Shown one piece after another: positions 58,926-64,000 of a DNA stretch of 64,000 nucleotides. The translations under genes were made by a program, and so were the position numbers. The notes below the pieces were generated by a model. It was not told where the DNA came from. It was given only the letters and a program-made list of their open reading frames with translations, and ran no database searches. Numbering within the stretch: position 1 is the stretch's first letter; every line of letters begins with the position of its first letter. Source of the DNA: Acutalibacteraceae bacterium (GTDB lineage: Bacteria; Bacillota; Clostridia; Oscillospirales; Acutalibacteraceae); assembly GCA_045604685.1 (NCBI GenBank), contig JAZUON010000007.1:10197-74196 (forward strand). Reading direction: 5' to 3'.

Positions 58926-59798
58926 TTAAAGCCTTGTTGTTACGGAAACCGTATAATACATTTCATTATCGCTCGGTTCAACATAGAGATAATATCTGCC
59001 CGGATTTACAGAATACACCATATTATTGGGGTGGATTTCGGAAGTTACAACCGCATCGGGCTTTCTTGCGCCCGGACGGGGAGGTTCCTCACCCTCGGGA
59101 ATAAAATGAATTTTCAGCTCGTCGCCCTCGTGAAGCGCATAGCCCGTGGCAGGTATACCCTCGCCGTTATTCCTGGTTACCCTTATTTTTACATTCGAGC
59201 TGAGAATGGAGCAATCCTCCTTAACGGCAAAAACATATTCATCCGCACTGTTGCCGATGCCGCAGCACCAACGCCTTGTGGTTTGATATTCCGTATCGGT
59301 CATAACCTCGGCGGCAATGTAATAGTCGGGGTTAACCCACCATGAATAATATTCATCCGTTTTTTCACTTATCATTATGCGACGTATGCCGATTTCCGTG
59401 CTGCTCAAATCGTCCGTATCAACACCCGTATAAAGGATTTTAACATAATAATCATCCGTGGTTGTTGTTATGCGGAAGTTATAGTCACGGGTATCGATTT
59501 CATAATCGCTGTCATCCTCAACAGAAAGAACATCCCCTTCAATGCAGCAAAACAGACCGTCAATGCGCTGCTGCAAATCGGGATGCCTTTCCTTAAGCAT
59601 AGGCGATGCCATTGAGGCAAGCGCTTCGGAATCCTTTACCTCCACCGCTTCAATCAGGCTGTCCGTTACCGTTTCCCAATCATATTCCGATGCAACAATA
59701 TTTGAATATACTTTTGAGATAATTTCCGAATTGGGAAACCAGCTATACAGCAGCGTAATAATTGCAACAAATGCGACCAATATTTTTGACATATACAT
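58926..59798 (-). CDS. membrane-anchored hypothetical protein (N-terminal region reminiscent of DUF5104; unverified)
   Basis: The ATG at 59798 is preceded by GAGGAG. MYMSKILVAFVAIITLLYSWF is a TM anchor. About 290 aa. The track ORF extends to 59909. Confidence 0.5.
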   Translation of the reverse strand: MYMSKILVAFVAIITLLYSWFPNSEIISKVYSNIVASEYDWETVTDSLIEAVEVKDSEALASMASPMLKERHPDLQQRIDGLFCCIEGDVLSVEDDSDYEIDTRDYNFRITTTTDDYYVKILYTGVDTDDLSSTEIGIRRIMISEKTDEYYSWWVNPDYYIAAEVMTDTEYQTTRRWCCGIGNSADEYVFAVKEDCSILSSNVKIRVTRNNGEGIPATGYALHEGDELKIHFIPEGEEPPRPGARKPDAVVTSEIHPNNMVYSVNPGRYYLYVEPSDNEMYYTVSVTTRL

Positions 59799-59802
59799 AA
59801 TA

Positions 59803-60522
59803 TCACTCCTCACGCAGGGCAGGATTATAGCTGAGCCAACGGCTGCCGTCATAATATTTCCTGTCCTCATCCTTGATTTCATATTCACCGACTGTTGCTT
59901 TGATTTCAATAATCATTTTTTCGTAATACGTGGCTTTTTCTGTTTCCGTAGCCTTTATCATATAGTAAAATTCCTCGTGAAAGACTGTACCGATTTCCTT
60001 ATCGGGAAGAAAAAGGAATGTAAATGTTTTTTCACCGTCAACTTCCTTTTCGGCATAAATATTTGTGCTGTTTCCCCACACAATCCATTCCGCACCCTCA
60101 ACGGTTGTTTCTTCTTCAGGAGAATAACTGAAAAGAATATATTCATCGGGTGAATAGAATTCAATCTTTTCATAAAGGGAAATATAGCCGTGATTAACAC
60201 ATGCATAATAAAGCAGTTCATCACCCTTTACGTTGCTGAAAACAACATCCATGACAAGCTCTGTATCAAGCTCATTCTTCATAACATCAACAAAACTTTT
60301 GCCCTTGAAGGTAAAAACCTGCTCATTACCCTTAACCTCGGTTTCAACAAGGTCAAACAGAGGGTCATCAACACCGTCGTATTCCCAAACGAGGCCCTCA
60401 TCAGGGTTATAAGGAAGCTGAACCTTTGTTACGTTATCACCTTTAACAGCACCCGTAACTGTGCCGAAAAGCATAACGACAAACATAATAGGTATGATAA
60501 AAATAACAGTAACCGAGCCCAT
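59803..60522 (-). CDS. membrane-anchored hypothetical protein
   Basis: 239 aa with an N-terminal TM segment (VTVIFIIPIMFVVMLFGTV). Its stop is 4 nt before the next gene's start. No family recognised. Confidence 0.5.
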   Translation of the reverse strand: MGSVTVIFIIPIMFVVMLFGTVTGAVKGDNVTKVQLPYNPDEGLVWEYDGVDDPLFDLVETEVKGNEQVFTFKGKSFVDVMKNELDTELVMDVVFSNVKGDELLYYACVNHGYISLYEKIEFYSPDEYILFSYSPEEETTVEGAEWIVWGNSTNIYAEKEVDGEKTFTFLFLPDKEIGTVFHEEFYYMIKATETEKATYYEKMIIEIKATVGEYEIKDEDRKYYDGSRWLSYNPALREE

Positions 60523-60675
60523 AAATCATCAATCCTTTGCATATTATTTGTTGCACCTGAATGCTGATTAAATCTTAAGGCATGGGGCGCGTTTTTTCAA
60601 CCAACCGTGTTTTACATTTCGGTATTTCAGGGTATATTTTGCTTTGCATAGGAGTGTAAAGTAGGGTTTACATAA

Positions 60676-60700
60676 GAAAAAACCCGCCAAACTGGCGGGT
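60676..60700 (-). terminator. intrinsic terminator after serS
   Basis: On the minus strand: ACCCGCC-AGTTT-GGCGGGT followed by TTTTTT. Confidence 0.85.
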
Positions 60701-60710
60701 TTTGATGATT

Positions 60711-62006
60711 TTATTTAACAGGCTCAAGTTTTTCCTTGCCGCCCATATAGGGACGGAGTGCAACGGGAACATTTACGCTGCCGTCCTCATTGAGGTTGTT
60801 TTCGAGGAATGCAATGAGCATTCTGGGAGGAGCAACAACGGTGTTGTTAAGAGTATGAGCAAAATACTTGCCGTCCTTGCCGTTGACTCTGATTTTAAGT
60901 CTGCGAGCCTGAGCATCGCCAAGGTTTGAGCATGAGCCAACCTCAAAATATTTCTTCTGTCTGGGTGACCATGCCTCAACATCAAATGACTTAACCTTAA
61001 GGTCTGCAAGGTCGCCTGAGCAGCATTCAAGTGTTCTTACGGGAATATCAAGCGAACGGAAAAGGTCAACTGTGTTCTGCCACAGCTTTTCAAACCACAT
61101 CATGCTGTCCTCGGGCTTGCAGACAACAATCATTTCCTGCTTTTCAAACTGATGAATTCTGTAAACGCCTCTCTCCTCAATGCCGTGGGCGCCCTTTTCC
61201 TTACGGAAGCAGGGTGAGTAGCTGGTAAGAGTATGGGGCAGAGTATCCTCATTAACGATTGTGTCAATATATTTGCCTATCATTGAATGCTCGCTGGTGC
61301 CGATAAGATAAAGGTCCTCGCCCTCAATCTTATACATCATTGCATCCATTTCTGCAAAGCTCATAACGCCCGTTACAACGTTGCTGCGAATCATAAAGGG
61401 AGGCACACAATAGGTGAAGCCTCTGTCAATCATAAAATCTCTTGCATATGAAATGCAGGCGGAATGAAGGCGGGCAATATCACCCTGGAGATAATAAAAG
61501 CCGTTGCCTGCAACGTTTCTTGCAGCGTCAAGGTCAATGCCGTTGAAGCGCTCCATAATATCGGTATGATAAGGAATTTCAAACTCAGGAACAACAGGCT
61601 CGCCGTATTTTGTAACCTCAACGTTCTCGCTGTCATCCTTACCGATAGGCACGCTGGGGTCAATGATGTTGGGAATAATCATCATTATTTTGGTAACCTT
61701 TTCGGCATACTCAGCCTCAAGCCTTTCGCACTCTGCAAGCCTTTCGGAAAACTCTGTTACCTTTGACTTTGCGGCCATAGCCTCATCCTTTTTGCCCTGA
61801 GCCATGAGCATACCGATTTCCTTGGAAACCTTGTTGCGGTTTGCGCGCAGATTATCCGCCTCTGTTTTAACGGCTCTGGACTTTGCATCAAGCTCAATTA
61901 CCTCGTCAACAAGAGGGAGCTTGCTGTCCTGAAACTTCTTTTTTATATTTTCCTTAACGATATCGGGGTTTTCTCTTAAGAATTTGATATCAAGCATATT
62001 TTTCAA
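60711..62006 (-). CDS. serS: serine--tRNA ligase
   Basis: 431 aa with an N-terminal coiled-coil arm (MLDIKFLRENPD...) and class II motifs (FRKE, GSCSN). Confidence 0.95.
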   Translation of the reverse strand: MKNMLDIKFLRENPDIVKENIKKKFQDSKLPLVDEVIELDAKSRAVKTEADNLRANRNKVSKEIGMLMAQGKKDEAMAAKSKVTEFSERLAECERLEAEYAEKVTKIMMIIPNIIDPSVPIGKDDSENVEVTKYGEPVVPEFEIPYHTDIMERFNGIDLDAARNVAGNGFYYLQGDIARLHSACISYARDFMIDRGFTYCVPPFMIRSNVVTGVMSFAEMDAMMYKIEGEDLYLIGTSEHSMIGKYIDTIVNEDTLPHTLTSYSPCFRKEKGAHGIEERGVYRIHQFEKQEMIVVCKPEDSMMWFEKLWQNTVDLFRSLDIPVRTLECCSGDLADLKVKSFDVEAWSPRQKKYFEVGSCSNLGDAQARRLKIRVNGKDGKYFAHTLNNTVVAPPRMLIAFLENNLNEDGSVNVPVALRPYMGGKEKLEPVK

Positions 62007-62030
62007 CTCCTAAAGATTTATACTGCTATT

Positions 62031-62861
62031 TTAATCCAACTTTGACAAAAAATCAACTGCATCGGCAACATATTTATCGTCTGCAAGCTCAATTGCACCC
62101 TTGTCCACAAGATTTGCGGTTTTAGGGTCAATGGGCAGCTTTGCAAGCACGGGCACGCCAAGCTCTGCCGCAATTTCGTCAATTTTGCTTTCGCCGAAAA
62201 TTTTGTATTCCTTGCCACAATCGGGACATACGAAATAACTCATATTTTCAACAAGGCCGAGAACAGGAATGTTCATCAGTTTTGCCATATTGAATGCCTT
62301 TTTAACAATCATTGTTACAAGGTCCTGAGGAGTGGTAACAATAACAATTCCGTCAACGGGAAGATTCTGGAAAACGGTGAGAGAAACATCTCCTGTTCCG
62401 GGAGGCATATCAACAAACATATAGTCAACATCGCCCCAGGCTACATCCTTCCAGAACTGCTGGATAACACCTGAAATAACGGGACCGCGCCATACTACGG
62501 GTGACTCCTCATTTTCAAGCAGAAGATTGATTGACATAATCTTTATGCCCGACCTGCTTTCCTCGGGAAGAAGGCCGCTTTCATCCGCCTTTGCTCTTTC
62601 CTTGATTCCGAATGACTTGGGAATTGAAGGGCCTGTTATATCCGCATCAAGCACAGCGCAGGAGTTGCCTCTTGCCTGCATTGCACTTGCAAGCATTGAG
62701 GTTACAAGGGATTTGCCTACGCCGCCCTTGCCGCTGACTACACCTATAACCTTTCTAACATTGCTGAAAGGTCCGCAGGGTATTCTCATATCCTGCGCTT
62801 CTTTTCTTGAATCGCAATTGCTTCCACAGCTTGCGCAATTGCCGCTGCATGCTTCACTCAT
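62031..62861 (-). CDS. Mrp/NBP35 (ApbC) family Fe-S cluster carrier ATPase
   Basis: 276 aa with the deviant Walker A GKGGVGKS, CPDC, and an N-terminal Cys-rich segment CSGNCASCGSNC. Confidence 0.88.
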   Translation of the reverse strand: MSEACSGNCASCGSNCDSRKEAQDMRIPCGPFSNVRKVIGVVSGKGGVGKSLVTSMLASAMQARGNSCAVLDADITGPSIPKSFGIKERAKADESGLLPEESRSGIKIMSINLLLENEESPVVWRGPVISGVIQQFWKDVAWGDVDYMFVDMPPGTGDVSLTVFQNLPVDGIVIVTTPQDLVTMIVKKAFNMAKLMNIPVLGLVENMSYFVCPDCGKEYKIFGESKIDEIAAELGVPVLAKLPIDPKTANLVDKGAIELADDKYVADAVDFLSKLD

Positions 62862-62884
62862 AATTATATCTCCTTGTTTTTCAA

Positions 62885-63661
62885 TTAATTAACAAACATA
62901 TCTATCACATAACCCAAAGCATAAATGGCGGGCATATGAACAATATAAATCAGAAGTGCATTTCTGCCGAGAAATGCAAAAAAACGTATTCTTTGCACAC
63001 CGCACCAATCGGGGTAGCCCTTTTTTGACAAATGCAAACCGGAAAAATTACCTGCAAAAAAAATAAAAATCTGCGGAAAAAGAGGAAAATAATCCGCCGA
63101 GGCAAAATCCTGCGAATGAATGCCTAAAATCATCAAAGCATTGCTTTCGTAAAGGCTTTCGGGCAATGTGAACGAAATCAGCTCGCCATAGCTCAGCGTG
63201 CCGTTTTCTATTCCGCTTGTTAATGCATAAAGCACTGCGCAGACAAGAATCCCCGCAAAGAGCGGAACATTGCAAAGCCTCTTTGACATAAGCGCATAAA
63301 GCAGAATCGAAGCCGCAAGGAAATGAAGAATTCCGAAATATATTTCGCAATCAACAAAACCCATTGCAGGCATAATAACCGCAGTAACAAATGTCAGGCC
63401 CAGCGCTGCTCCGAGCAAAATCGCTCCCCTTTTTAAATTACTTTTTGAAAGAGTGCAGGATATTCCGCAGATAAAAATGAAGATTCCCGCAAAAAAAGGC
63501 TGAAAGGGCATAAAGAAATAAAAAAGCTCATTTGCCCACTGCCAATCAAAAAAGCTGCCCAGCAGATAAAATGCATGATAAAAAATCATGCAGGCAACCG
63601 CAAAGCCCCGCACTTCATCAATAAAATGTATTCTTTTATTCATATTCGGCCTGAGCTCCAT
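62885..63661 (-). CDS. DUF1624 / heparan-alpha-glucosaminide N-acetyltransferase-like membrane protein
   Basis: 258 aa, polytopic, with the N-terminal motif RIHFIDEVRGFAVACMIFYH. Confidence 0.65.
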   Translation of the reverse strand: MELRPNMNKRIHFIDEVRGFAVACMIFYHAFYLLGSFFDWQWANELFYFFMPFQPFFAGIFIFICGISCTLSKSNLKRGAILLGAALGLTFVTAVIMPAMGFVDCEIYFGILHFLAASILLYALMSKRLCNVPLFAGILVCAVLYALTSGIENGTLSYGELISFTLPESLYESNALMILGIHSQDFASADYFPLFPQIFIFFAGNFSGLHLSKKGYPDWCGVQRIRFFAFLGRNALLIYIVHMPAIYALGYVIDMFVN

Positions 63662-63783
63662 AATTTCACCTCATATTATTTTATCATAAAGCGCTAAAAA
63701 AGCAAGGGTTTATTGACTTTATTATGCTTTTGTTTTAAAATAAAAACATAAATTTGCGGCAAATAAGATTAATCGGAGATTAT

Positions 63784-64000
63784 TATGATTGAGAAAATCA
63801 GAAACCTGCTTTTCAGAATTTTCAAAAAGGAAAACTTTCTTGGAAAAATAATTGATAAACTGTTCACTGAAGAAATTGTTACTTATGTTTTCTTCGGCAT
63901 ACTCACAACAATTGTTAATCTGCTCACATTTTATGTTTTTAAGCGCATTTTCATTTCCGTGGGCTGGGAAGGAATATTGAGCAGCATCATTCCCGAAGGC
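63784..64000 (+). CDS. GtrA-family membrane protein, 5' part (runs off the right edge)
   Basis: My translation from the ATG at 63784 gives MIEKIRNLLFRIFKKENFLGKIIDKLFTEEIVTYVFFGILTTIVNLLTFYVF..., a GtrA-like N-terminus. Confidence 0.6.

Noticed and set aside
59542-60153. A 203-aa plus-strand ORF.
   Set aside because: It is antisense across the junction of the two membrane-anchored hypothetical genes. It has no RBS and a low-complexity product.
62007-62030. Searched for T-box leaders upstream of serS (and of asnS at 20660-20671).
   Set aside because: The intergenic gaps are only 24 and 12 nt. Both aaRS genes appear cotranscribed with the preceding gene, and no GGUGGUACCGCG-like motif is present.

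Overview
The window is a chromosomal segment of a mid-GC, spore-forming Firmicute. It looks Clostridia-like because it has yunB, CotH, PerR with reverse rubrerythrin, T-box leaders and a pyrBI-type ATCase. About 60 genes are present, most on the minus strand and tightly packed, often with ATGA start/stop overlaps.

Housekeeping content:
- pheST with a Phe T-box leader, ligA, asnS and serS.
- A seven-gene pyrimidine operon (pyrC-K-D-F-E-B-I).
- rlmA, nnr, pgcA, mrp/apbC and ireB.

Accessory content:
- Glycoside hydrolases of families GH27, GH43, GH2 and GH38.
- A two-subunit aconitase-X enzyme.
- An OmpR/HK two-component pair with a large lipoprotein.
- A CadC/ArsR plus P-type ATPase metal-efflux cassette with a perfect 26-bp operator palindrome.
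- PerR plus reverse rubrerythrin with a perfect 11-3-11 operator.
- A LytTR/DUF3021 pair, a WYL regulator and a solo MazF toxin.
- Several signal-peptide enzymes: a lipase-like protein, two tandem CotH proteins, a C1 peptidase and an esterase.

I found no rRNA, tRNA, CRISPR array, transposase or integrase.

Most noteworthy observations:
1. A second, complete T-box leader drives a 772-aa HTH-cupin-acyl-CoA-synthetase fusion rather than an aaRS, biosynthesis or transport gene.
2. Five secreted enzymes share a similar C-terminal amphipathic tail that matches no sorting signal I know.
3. A GcvH-like protein lacking the lipoyl-lysine is translationally coupled to ligA.
4. The MazF toxin has no adjacent antitoxin ORF.

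All functional calls come from reading the translations and motifs by eye. No database search was run.
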